56,452 nucleotides of DNA. It comes from Octopus bimaculoides. Its lineage: Eukaryota. This document shows, piece after piece, positions 1 to 10,535 of the stretch. A model generated the notes under the pieces. The model did not search any database and was not told where the DNA came from. It saw only the letters and a program-made list of their open reading frames with translations. Every line of letters starts with the position of its first letter. Within the stretch, counting starts at the first letter, position 1. The stretch lies in NCBI RefSeq assembly GCF_001194135.2, contig NC_068981.1, positions 122,942,371 to 122,998,822 on the forward strand. Reading direction: 5' to 3'. A program made the position numbers and the translations under genes.

Positions 1-790
1 AATAGGGGTCCTGATTGGTCAGTTTGCGTTCTGGCGAGAAAGGTTCGAAGAAGTTGCCGATTCGAATAATGATCAGTCACGTGATGACAAGGAATGGGTT
101 CTCTACTACGCTCGCATTTATTTATATTTAAATGAGAAGATTGTATGTAATGGCGATAGTAGTTTTGTATCTAGTGACGATAGGTAGTTTCACTACAAGA
201 ATATATAAAACATTTTTATTTTAGTCTCAAATTTACCACGAAAAACTCCAGGCAAATGTTTACATAACACTCGTACGATTTTCACGAAGAAGAAAAAAAT
301 CAGATTTTTACGTGGTATCAACTACCCTGGCCTCCTAATATGCTACAAAACCCTTTTTGTGGTCCAAAACACGGGGTGTGGTGTGGTGAAAGCCTCAAAA
401 ATTTTACCCATTTATATTCTGTAATTCATTGGCAAATGATTACCTACCTCTTTGTTTCTTTGTTGTTAAATAGATGGATTCTCAACAAAACACTTTTTTC
501 GTCGGCGTAAAATAAAAGCAAAACTCTTTCGCGCTCAAAGTAATGTTGTGTGAGAGAGGGGGAAGAAAGATGAACAATTTAAAATGAATAAATAAGTGAT
601 TTAAAATAAATATATTTTAATTGTTGTGTGAGAAAGTATATATAATCTGATTATAAAATATAGTGTCTTTNNNNNNNNNNTGAAGACTATATCTCGTGTT
701 TAAGAAGAAAAAAACATTTTACATTTTTATTTTTGGTGAAAGCTGTCATTTACTCTCTCTCCCTCACGCACACACACATACATTAACACA

Positions 791-821
<31 letters not shown>

Positions 822-1300
822 CATCACACACACACACACACACACACACATTTTCACTTTGCTATGGAAAAAGGGACTTAACTCATGTTAGCAAACTTCA
901 AAATTGGTAAAAGTTGTGGTAGAAAATCGATTTTTACCGCTATCTGGAGGTGCCTCGGGGAAAATAATTTGACGAAAATACAGCTAGGGTCGTGACGAAT
1001 GTCATCTTAAAATTGGAGCAACGTGCGTGCAAATTTGTGGACGTGAATAAATTACATTCACCTACACACATCCTGCCTTTTATAGATATACAGATATCAT
1101 AATGGTATTTCTTCTCCGATTTGAAGCGACAATTTTTAAATATAAACAAATGATCGAAAAATGATAAGCTAACCTCAAGTTGAATCGACCTCACAAATCG
1201 GCGCTTTCATGGCTCCTTGCGAATCTGATTGGCCAAACGCTCACCGATCAATTACAGTCAAATTTAGTTAATATATACTTAAACTGTCTTGACACAAACA
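1..1300. promoter_or_regulatory. Putative promoter zone (two CCAAT/NF-Y boxes and a CACGTG E-box), possibly bidirectional
   Basis: CTGATTGGTC at 11-20 and CTGATTGGCC at 1225-1234 are reverse complements of RRCCAATCAG. GTCACGTGAT lies at about 76-85. CpG is visibly more frequent than in flanking DNA. Function is inferred only. Confidence 0.4.
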
Positions 1301-1919
1301 TAAATATGTGTGCGTATTAACCTATTGAGCTGTGTATTTGTCCCTATTTCATCTTTTATATCAAATTTCAGTACTTGGTTTTTTTCTAGTATTTATTTTA
1401 TCAATCATTATTTGCCAATTTCGCATATTTAAGATGCGTACAAGAAATTGTATAATTGCTATCGGTGAAATTTGAACAGGGATAACTGTATACTACAGTA
1501 AGTAAATTAGTCATGTGCTTTCCTCATTTGTATCCCGCATTGTGTAATTTATTCAGTATATTAACTTTACAACAAATGAATTATGTACATATTTCATATG
1601 TTCAGACGTTTCTACTGCTATCTTCTAAAATAAGAGTCAAGAGCACTTCATTTGTGTTAATCACGCATGGGAGTCTAAGATATGAATTTTTAAAAAATGC
1701 TTCACTCTAACTGCGTAACTTATCAATATTCAGCTAAGACAAGTTTGTCTGTAGAATATCAGTCGCTGTCTTCTCTGTATACAGCTTGTTATGGAGAAAA
1801 GTTCCATTTCAACAAATTAATAAATCCCATTAGTGAACTTCGAGACACTTTATTTAATTAAGTTTCAATTGTAGATGACAGTATTGGAGAGATGTTATAT
1901 GCATATATACATACAAACG

Positions 1920-1956
<37 letters not shown>

Positions 1957-3675
1957 TTATTTACATACATACATATACATACATATACACACATATATAT
2001 ACATATATATGCATAGATATATATAAATATGTGTATATATATATATATATAATATATTACACACGCACCACGCACATACACACATACACACATATATATG
2101 CACATATACAACGGATTCTGTTAATGATTTGCCTTCTGAAAGTTACTGTAAATCACAGCAGGTGGTAGGAAACCTATTGCTACGAAAAGTTGATAAATCA
2201 GATAATGGACGGCGTATAAGGCTGGTTTGATTGTAATGCAGAATTTAGATCGGTAACTCACTGGTCAAATTTCAAATCATTCCTGGTAACCAAACTTACA
2301 TATTATCCCTTGTCAATAAACACTTAACAGTGATGTTTCTTTCATCCAGTCTACTGAATTCCTCTGCTTGTGAAACTGGCTTTGTGACAAGTAAAACAAA
2401 TAATCTTATCGTTTGATTATCCAATTACACATTGCCGAGGTATTGTGAAGGAAATGTATTATCAAATCTCGAGGTAGTGTAGAGACATGAAGCATGATAC
2501 TAATATTTACTGCTAATTTGTTTCATTGGTTTAATGGAAGTCAGCTATCATCTAGATCAACTTAGCTTCTACTTGTTGCTCCTTGAATAAGAGAAATTAT
2601 AGCTGATATTTGAAAACAGTGTAGTGCATTAATGGATTGCAGTGAATTAGCTTAGAATTATAAATCTTAACAGATATTGGCGAACAAGTTTCTAAAATAT
2701 GGTCAGAAAAGCCTAAATATTTTTTGAAGTTAATTAGTAACGAATTGGTGATGTTTGGAAACTAATGTGCTCATTAAAGTAATGAATACCTGGTTCCAAT
2801 TAATTTTTTCTTTGTAATCATAGGTTTCAAAGATGTTCCTGAAGAATGTAGTGATATAATTGTTTTGATAATGATTCTAGTAAAACATACTACGAATTAG
2901 ACATTTAAAAAATGTATCCGTGTTGCATAAAACAATGAGACATTTGTACAAGTTTAATTTAAGTTTTGGCTGAGGTAAGAAGAGGACACCATCTAGCTCT
3001 TGCCATAGAACAGAATATCAATTATTTCATATGCTATAATTTTGACAAAACGTATTTTGTTCGTTGTTGTCATAATTTGTCGTTTTAATACACAAGGTTA
3101 CTATGCATTTTCTTAATCTGTAATAAATAGAGCCAGGTTTATCTCGAATCACAATCCACAATATAGAGGGAAAAAAAGATATTATGGAGAATGTAATACT
3201 AGATAAAAAATTACTTCGAACGAACTGAATAACATACTCTTTAAGTAACACTCGAAGAAGAAAGTGAATTTATCTAACTTTCTTTTGAAACGTTAGCGTT
3301 ACTAATCAGCTTGTTATAAGTAGATAATAATAAAAAAAAAGATGGACAACTAGGAGAAATTCTTGGAACAGCAATAGTGTAGTAGGTGATTATGCTCTGA
3401 AGAGGTTAGATGTCCAAGAGATGAGATATTATGGAAATGAGATAAGATGTAAACAAAAAACTTAAAGAGATAAATTACCAAGTATATTTCGCGGAACTTG
3501 CTGAAGACTTTAGAGTTTAGACTTTATTTTATTTATGTGGTTCATGTTTTTACAACGCTAGTAGAACTTTGTATATTTAAGCTGCTTAATATAAATGTAG
3601 TGAAAACGGTGACTACGTAATGTTATTTCAGTCTTTCTGTTTTTGTTACAAGAATATACAAGTGGTTCACTTTAC

Positions 3676-3794
3676 ATCTTCTTCTTCTTCTTCTTCTTCT
3701 TCTTCTTCTTCTTCTTCTTCTTCTTCTTCTTCTTCTTCTTCTTCTTCTTCTTCTTCTTCTTCTTCTTCTTCTTCTTCTTCTTCTTCTTCTTCTT

Positions 3795-3881
<87 letters not shown>

Positions 3882-3946
3882 CATCATCATTATTATTATT
3901 AGTGTTGTTGTTTTTGTTGTTATTATCATCATCGTCATCATCGTCG

Positions 3947-3992
<46 letters not shown>

Positions 3993-4015
3993 TATTATTA
4001 TTATTATTATTATTA

Positions 4016-4056
<41 letters not shown>

Positions 4057-4058
4057 TT
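3676..4058. repeat. Compound trinucleotide microsatellite (TTC)n-(TTA)n-(TCA)n-(TTA)n
   Basis: Read directly from the sequence; it explains the poly-F/S/L/I/K ORFs at 3620-4126. Confidence 0.98.
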
Positions 4059-4089
4059 ACGAAAACTCGCAGTTTATTATGCTGGGTAA

Positions 4090-5437
4090 GATGAAAAGTG
4101 TCAGGTATCAACTGCCACCAGATTAACGTGACACTTGTTTACTGGTCATCCTTCAAGAGCCCTGCGGATAATTCTTCTAGTATAGTGTGGGGACATATGT
4201 CGGACAGGTACCATACGGTCCGTGGTGTCTTGGCATTATTCTTCACTTCTGGTAAAACCATAGCACTGCGGACGATAAAGATTCGCGTGTTTATCTACGA
4301 CAGTTACGTGAGGAATAACGAGTCCGTCACAGCAGTTCAGCGTGAGTTTCGGCACCACTTCAATATTCACCGAAATCAGGCTGTACCCATCCGTAACACA
4401 ATTTTACGTTGGGTAAATGCACTTCATACATGAGGTACACTAATGAACATGTGACTGGTGGAGGCGCCACGAACGGTGCAGAACCCGGAAAATGTGGAAC
4501 GCATCAGATAAGCTTTGATACGGAGTCCGAATTGCTCTGCTCAGAGACATTCCGCGGAAGTTGGCATCAGTAATCGATCGGTAAGTTGTATTCTGCATGA
4601 AGACCTACATTTCCACCCGTACAAACTGGTCATTGTGCAACAGTTGAAACCATGGGACTATGCACAGCGGCTTAACTTCGCACGTCAGATTGAAGCAATT
4701 GTTGAGGCAAATGACAACCTCATTTTGTTTATGAGTGTTGAACCACATTTTCATCTCAATGGCATGGTTAATCAACATAACTGTCGTTATTGGGCACTTG
4801 AAAATCCGAGAGAACTGCACAAATGACCACTGCACAGACCAAAAGTGACCGTCATTGGTCCTTACTGTTTCCAAGACAGTAATAGAAATGCCGTTATTGT
4901 GAGCTTTGAGCGTTACATTGAGAGGATAAATAACTTTTGTGTGCCTGAATTACGACGAAAACGTATGCCTATTCGATGTGTGTGGTTTCTGCAGGATGGG
5001 GCGACGGCCCACACAGCCAGAGCATCAATGGACTATCTTCGCCCTCTCTTCAGTGACTGCCTCATTTCCAGGTTTGCTGACATTCCTGGGCACCCAAATC
5101 CCCCTGATTTGCCCATGTGTGATTATTTCTTGTAGGAAAACCTCAAGGTGCTTGTGTAGGCACATAAGCCCTGTTCATTGGACAATTAGAAGAAAGCTAT
5201 TCGCGTGGAAGCCGCCCAAATCGACAGGGCAACACTTGAGAGACTGGCCTACCTCCAAGAACGCCTTCAGAAATGCATCAATGAAAATGGACACTACATG
5301 TTGGATGTGTTTTTTCGAAACTTGATTTTGACAAATGCTACTTCGATACCAACACATGTCAATACATTTTGTTTGCAGCTAAAATTAATGATTTTGTGAA
5401 TATTTCGAACACGTCCGTCCTCTCTGCCCCACCCTGC

Positions 5438-5442
<5 letters not shown>
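4090..5442 (+). mobile_element. Decayed Tc1/mariner transposon, DD41D (rosa/Visitor-type)
   Basis: Split ORFs give an N-terminal HTH (ESVTAVQREFRHHFNIHRN...NTILRWV), HPYKLVIVQQL, FMS[D]EPHFHLNG...NCRYW, and QDGATAHT...PPDLPMCD with 41 residues between the second and third Asp (counted). It has stops and frameshifts. A TIR-like end (GCCCCACCCTG) lies at about 5426-5436; the 5' TIR was not found. Confidence 0.85.
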
Positions 5443-5473
<31 letters not shown>

Positions 5474-5704
5474 TTGGATTTTATTTAGATTATCTGCGTC
5501 TTTATAAACAAAATACAACTTGTTTTAGGTTTTGTCTTCAAAGCAACAGACAGGGTACATCCGGTAAGTATGCAATATTAGCTTTGTTAATGTGTCTATC
5601 ATTATGCTCCCATTGTTTTAAATTCTTCATTCATTCGACAATCTATATATCCAAGTGTATATGTATGTATGTATGTATATTTGTATAAATAAATAAATAA
5701 ATAA

Positions 5705-5789
<85 letters not shown>

Positions 5790-6019
5790 TATATGTATTG
5801 TTATGTTTATACGCATACATACATGAATACAAATATGCTTATATATGTCTACTTTATCTATTTATATATTAATTTGGACAAATAAGCATAAGTCGATTAG
5901 TGTGTTTAAATGTTGAGTAGAGCACCGGCACAGTTTAGGCTACCTTTTGTCATCCGTAGTCGTGGTACACTTCTGTTGGATTTACTTTAGGAACTCCGCA
6001 GTGGTAGTCAGGGTAATAG

Positions 6020-6350
6020 TATTAATTAACGAGAGATGGATTTGCTATAAAATCTTCATTGGATACAACACATATTTCGACCAATCAGTTTGGGTCTCAT
6101 TAAGTTTATCAATAAAGGTGTATCTCTCTACATATTTTTAATGTCGGCTGACTTGTTGTTATATGTCCATCAAATTAGGGAATGATGGACATATTACTTG
6201 ATGCACATATAGCAACAAGTCAGCCGACATTAAAAACCTGTAGAGAGATACATTTTTATTGATTTACCTGATGAGACCCAGACTTATAGATCAAACATAT
6301 ATTGTACCCCATAAAGATTTCATACCAAATCCATCTTCTGTGAATTAATA
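6020..6350. repeat. Fold-back inverted repeat (about 150-bp arms, 10-nt spacer) with a degenerate hammerhead motif in each arm
   Basis: Left arm 6020-6172 matches the reverse complement of right arm 6183-6350, including a perfect 20-mer TAATGTCGGCTGACTTGTTG / CAACAAGTCAGCCGACATTA. The right arm has CTGATGA-GACC at 6268-6278. The left arm (minus) has GACC-N10-GGTC-GAAA. Confidence 0.85.
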
Positions 6351-7239
6351 TTATATATATACTTATCACTATTTACACATGTATGTATGCATTAATGCAT
6401 GTGTGAGAGATTATGCCTGGATGTGGCAGAATGAAAGTGAATAAATGAAAGCAATTTATATCTAAACGTAAATAAACACTCAATCTTTCTTGAGCCTGAT
6501 ACATAAATATTTATATATTCCTCCTTTAACGCCTATGTGATATAATTCTTGAGAGAGAATACATTTGCGGCGGAAGATAGCTTTATATTGTCAATTATAC
6601 ACTGATGTAACAACTATAAAGCTTGAAGCACGTGTACCGCAGAATCCTTTGTGTTTTTGTTTTTATTTTTGCATTTACAATTTATTAAATATTTATATAT
6701 GTAGAAATATATGTAGGCATTTATATTATTCATATATACATATATGTGTGTGTGTGAGTGTTTATATATATNNNNNNNNNNNNNNNNNNNNNNNNNNNNN
6801 NNNNNNNNNNNNNNNNNNNNNNNNNNNNNNNNNNNNNNNNNNNNNNNNNNNNNNNNNNNNNNNNNNNNNNNNNNNNNNNNNNNNNNNNNNNNNNNNNNNN
6901 NNNNNNNNNNNNNNNNNNNNNNNNNNNNNNNNNNNNNNNNNNNNNNNNNNNNNNNNNNNNNNNNNNNNNNNNNNNNNNNNNNNNNNNNNNNNNNNNNNNN
7001 NNNNNNNNNNNNNNNNNNNNNNNNNNNNNNNNNNNNNNNNNNNNNNNNNNNNNNNNNNNNNNNNNNNNNNNNNNNNNNNNNNNNNNNNNNNNNNNNNNNN
7101 NNNNNNNNNNNNNNNNNNNNNNNNNNNNNNNNNNNNNNNNNNNNNNNNNNNNNNNNNNNGTGTTTATATACGCATGCGTATACGTAAGCATTCGTATGTT
7201 TGTGTATATATATATATATATATGTAATTATGTACAATT

Positions 7240-7395
7240 CTTGGTATATTTCATTGTCGAATTTTTACTGGTTTATTTATCTATTTGTCTTCTCAACTTG
7301 TGCTGAATTTAATACATGATGTCCGTTTAGAGTCAGGGTTTGACTACTATTTCAAGCATGGTGTTATCTCTTAGATACCCTTATTTATAATTTTG
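7240..7395 (+). repeat. Diverged copy of the 8500-8700 short repeat, lacking the hammerhead core
   Basis: Aligns by eye with the reverse complement of 8500-8700 (TTG-GTATATTTCA...TTTTTACTGGTTTATTT...GAGTCAGG-TTTGACT-CTATTT...TATCTCTT-GATACCC). The roughly 55-nt ribozyme segment is absent. Confidence 0.65.
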
Positions 7396-8499
7396 ATATA
7401 TATATTGGTGTCCTATAAATTAGAGTTAAGAAACCTGCCACACCTGCCAGTAGATGTTTATTTTGGTATATTTTCTTTATAATTGATTCTCTTCATTGCC
7501 AATTATTTTCGAGAATGCTTAGATAATTCCTAACAATAGGTGTGAAAATGTAACACTATGTTTACGAAATAAAATATAATGTAACAGTAACAATAAGTCA
7601 GTGCATATAATTGCTTCTGCTAGAGTGGAATAATTCCATGCTGGAAAAAGTAGAAAATAAAAATAAAATATAAAATATGACGTGAAATTATTGACTTGTC
7701 AAAAGAAACATCAGAAAATAATGAACAAAATGACAATGAAATATATAAATAAATACATAATATTATAAAATTGTCTGGATATTTTGTAATTATAGTGACA
7801 AGTTCAATTGTGAAACAAGTATGTTGTTATAAAGATGCAGAAATAATGACACAAAATATAAATTAAGTGGTCGTTTTAAGGCGTTAACATAATTATTCTC
7901 GTGGGTAATAAAGGGAACATCAACAAGAATAATTTAAACAAAACGTCATTATCAGACATATTATAGTGCTGTTCCTCGTCATCTTTTTTACCAGATGAAT
8001 CCTCATCCAACGGAGGAATTATCAGGTGTTCTATCCATGTTCATCTTGTCTGTTAGTTAGACTTTGCATATCTATGATTACATTACCTAATGTGTCATTT
8101 TAAGGTAGTAAGGATTCATTTAAGGGAATCTTGGTTTCTGGTTGTTGCAAGCGGTGCGACAAAAACGTAGATCTTGTTAGTCAGTCATTATATTGTACGC
8201 ATGGGAATTAGGTTGGTGTGCTTATTTCTTTTAATAAAATCTTACATTAGTGTATATTTTTTCTAAGATTTAATGGAAGATTTTACATACGGAATTCGTA
8301 TCAAGTGTAACAGTTATCATTCAACACTACCGAGTGTTGCCCCAAAATTCTTTAGTTAAATTTTATATGAGAAAGAGCTGTTCATATACCATTATGTAAG
8401 AACAGCTATCTATCTATCTATCTAATTCTCTGTCTGTCTGTCTATCTATCTATCTCAATGTGAACATTTATATATATATATATATATATATAAAAAATT

Positions 8500-8700
8500 A
8501 TAATACAGGGTATCAAGAGATACCACCACGCTGAAAAAATAGCAGTCAAATCCTGACTCCAAACCACAATAAATGTCCGCAAGGCACGATTAGCGAAGAC
8601 GAAGACCAAATAAACCAGTAAAAATAATAAGATAATTTCAAATCCTGGATTTCTGGCTTTGCATAAATGCTCTGCCTTCATCAGTGAAATATACTCAAGT
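8500..8700 (-). repeat. Short hammerhead-bearing repeat (PLE pLTR / retrozyme-like)
   Basis: Near-identical inverted copy at 9170-9315; diverged copy at 7240-7395; microsatellite flanks. Confidence 0.75.
8635..8690 (-). ncRNA. Minimal type I hammerhead ribozyme motif
   Basis: Minus strand reads ATTTCA CTGATGA AGGC-AGAGCATTTATGCAAA-GCCA GAAA TCCAGGA TT TGAAAT. This gives a perfect 6-bp helix I, intact core boxes, a GGC/GCC helix II (A.A at the first pair), a quasi-palindromic helix III and an AUU cleavage triplet. Confidence 0.7.
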
Positions 8701-9169
8701 ACATAAATACAAATACATGTATATAAACGGTATACTTACATATACGGACGTATACATACATATANNNNNNNNNNNNNNNNNNNNNNNNNNNNNNNNNNNN
8801 NNNNNNNNNNNNNNNNNNNNNNNNNNNNNNNNNNNNNNNNNNNNNNNNNNNNNNNNNNNNNNNNNNNNNNNNNNNNNNNNNNNNNNNNNNNNNNNNNNNN
8901 NNNNNNNNNNNNNNNNNNNNNNNNNNNNNNNNNNNNNNNNNNNNNNNNNNNNNNNNNNNNNNNNNNNNNNNNNNNNNNNNNNNNNNNNNNNNNNNNNNNN
9001 NNNNNNNNNNNNNNNNNNNNNNNNNNNNNNNNNNNNNNNNNNNNNNNNNNNNNNNNNNNNNNNNNNNNNNNNNNNNNNNNNNNNNNNNNNNNNNNNNNNN
9101 NNNNNNNNNNNNNNNNNNNNNNNNNNNNNNNNNNNNNNNNNNNNNNNNNNNNNNNNNNNNNNNNNNNNN

Positions 9170-9315
9170 AAATTATCTTATTATTTTTTACTGGTTTATA
9201 TGGTCTTCGTCTTCGCTAATCGTGCCTTGCGGACATTTATTGTGGTTTTGGAGTCAGGATTTGACTGCTATTTTTTCAGCGTGGTGGTATCTCTTGATAC
9301 CCTGTATTATAATTT
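9170..9315 (+). repeat. Inverted near-identical copy of 8500-8640, starting at the gap edge
   Basis: One substitution and one indel seen against the reverse complement of 8500-8640. Confidence 0.85.
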
Positions 9316-9639
9316 TAAATAATTATTACCTTTGATGGTTTTTATTCCCATGCTGACCACTTGATAAGATCAATATTTTAAATACCGATCTTATCCTTAT
9401 TTATATAAATATATATATATATATATACACACATATATATGTGAGGCCGGAACAATGCGAGAATGTTCAAAGTAAACTACAAAACAACAATAAAACAAAA
9501 CGAAGTTGTAGTTTTACCGTGTATTTCTATATTTTGAGGTAAAGACCCCATTTCAGGACATTTGCAAAAAGTGGTAGTTTGAAAAAGTCGTTGCTCAGAT
9601 GTGTGTGCGTGGGGGGGAACGAGAAATAGAAGCAAGATG

Positions 9640-10535
9640 ACATGTGCAGACTGGTGTTATTATGGCAATCAGTCTGCTTCGTGTAACTCTTTCCTGTTGG
9701 TAATAGCTGCTCTCAGTTTGTTTGTAAGGAGGCCCTCTATGCTTTTGAGGTTGCCCTATTGTGTTGGGTTGTCCTGATATAAACTTTAAAATTCTGGGTT
9801 TGGCAATTCTTTGGGAGTTTCTTTATTATTTTGTGTGCATGTATGGTTTTATACGGATGTGCATTTTCCTTGTGGTGTTCCCTATGTGGGATACTTCAAA
9901 TTTGCTGGAGACTATTTCGTAAACCACATACGCCCTCGAACACGCTTTGATGTTGTTGATGCGTCAATTGGTTAGTGTGTGTGTGTGTGTGTCCCCCACG
10001 ATGCCATTCGAGGAAGCTTTCTTCGACAGAACATCGCTCAGGGATGGTCCGGAGTGCACTATCTGTATGCCGTGTCCCTCCCTGCAGATCACATGCTGAA
10101 TAGCTGCAGTTATTCTGTAGTCGGTGTAGAGCAGTTTTCTGACTTGGAATTATGGACCTTCTTATGTGGTGTACCCACTTCCGTATTTCACAGATGCAGT
10201 CGTTTAGCTACAGATGGCAAATAGCCATTGTGTGCTAAGTTCTTGGAAACTACGTGGTGTTGGTAGCTTTGTCCGTTGCCTCACTGCATCTGTCTCTTAT
10301 ACGTGTGATCTCATTTGGCGCGTATGTTGTTTTGTCTCTAGTTAGCAGACCTGATACACACTGTGCTAACAGATTTCTATGGGCTGCTTTTCTATAAAAG
10401 TTGATATATATGAAACCCTCTTTTGAGGTTTTAATCTGAAAATCCAACAAAGTGAGGGTCTGGGCTTGTCCGGGTGTGCAATTTCAAATTTGATGTGGTT
10501 GTCGACGTTGTTGAAACTTTGATGTATGGCGATCA
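9640..10535 (-). mobile_element. Penelope-like retroelement relic (end of RT + GIY-YIG endonuclease)
   Basis: Minus-strand translations give FNNVDNHIKFEI.HPD, LDFQIK...FYRKAAHRNL (PLE RT C-terminus/thumb) and VVYEIVSSKFEVSHIGNTTRKMHIRIK (decayed VVYxIxCxxCxxxYIGxTxRxL). It is interrupted by a (GT)n tract. Confidence 0.75.

Noticed and set aside
3620-4126. Homopolymeric ORFs (poly-S/F/L/I/K); similar ones at 23371-23675, 35023-35265, 43159-43359 and 55781-56104
   Set aside because: They are translations of microsatellites.
6565-7306. Long X-containing ORFs (also near 8.7, 14.4, 19.9, 22.3, 40.9, 45.3, 46.3 and 48.6 kb)
   Set aside because: They are open only because they span N gaps.
7900-8400. 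GC-richer stretch with short acidic translations on the minus strand
   Set aside because: No recognisable motif or splice frame; possibly an old TE, but this cannot be supported.
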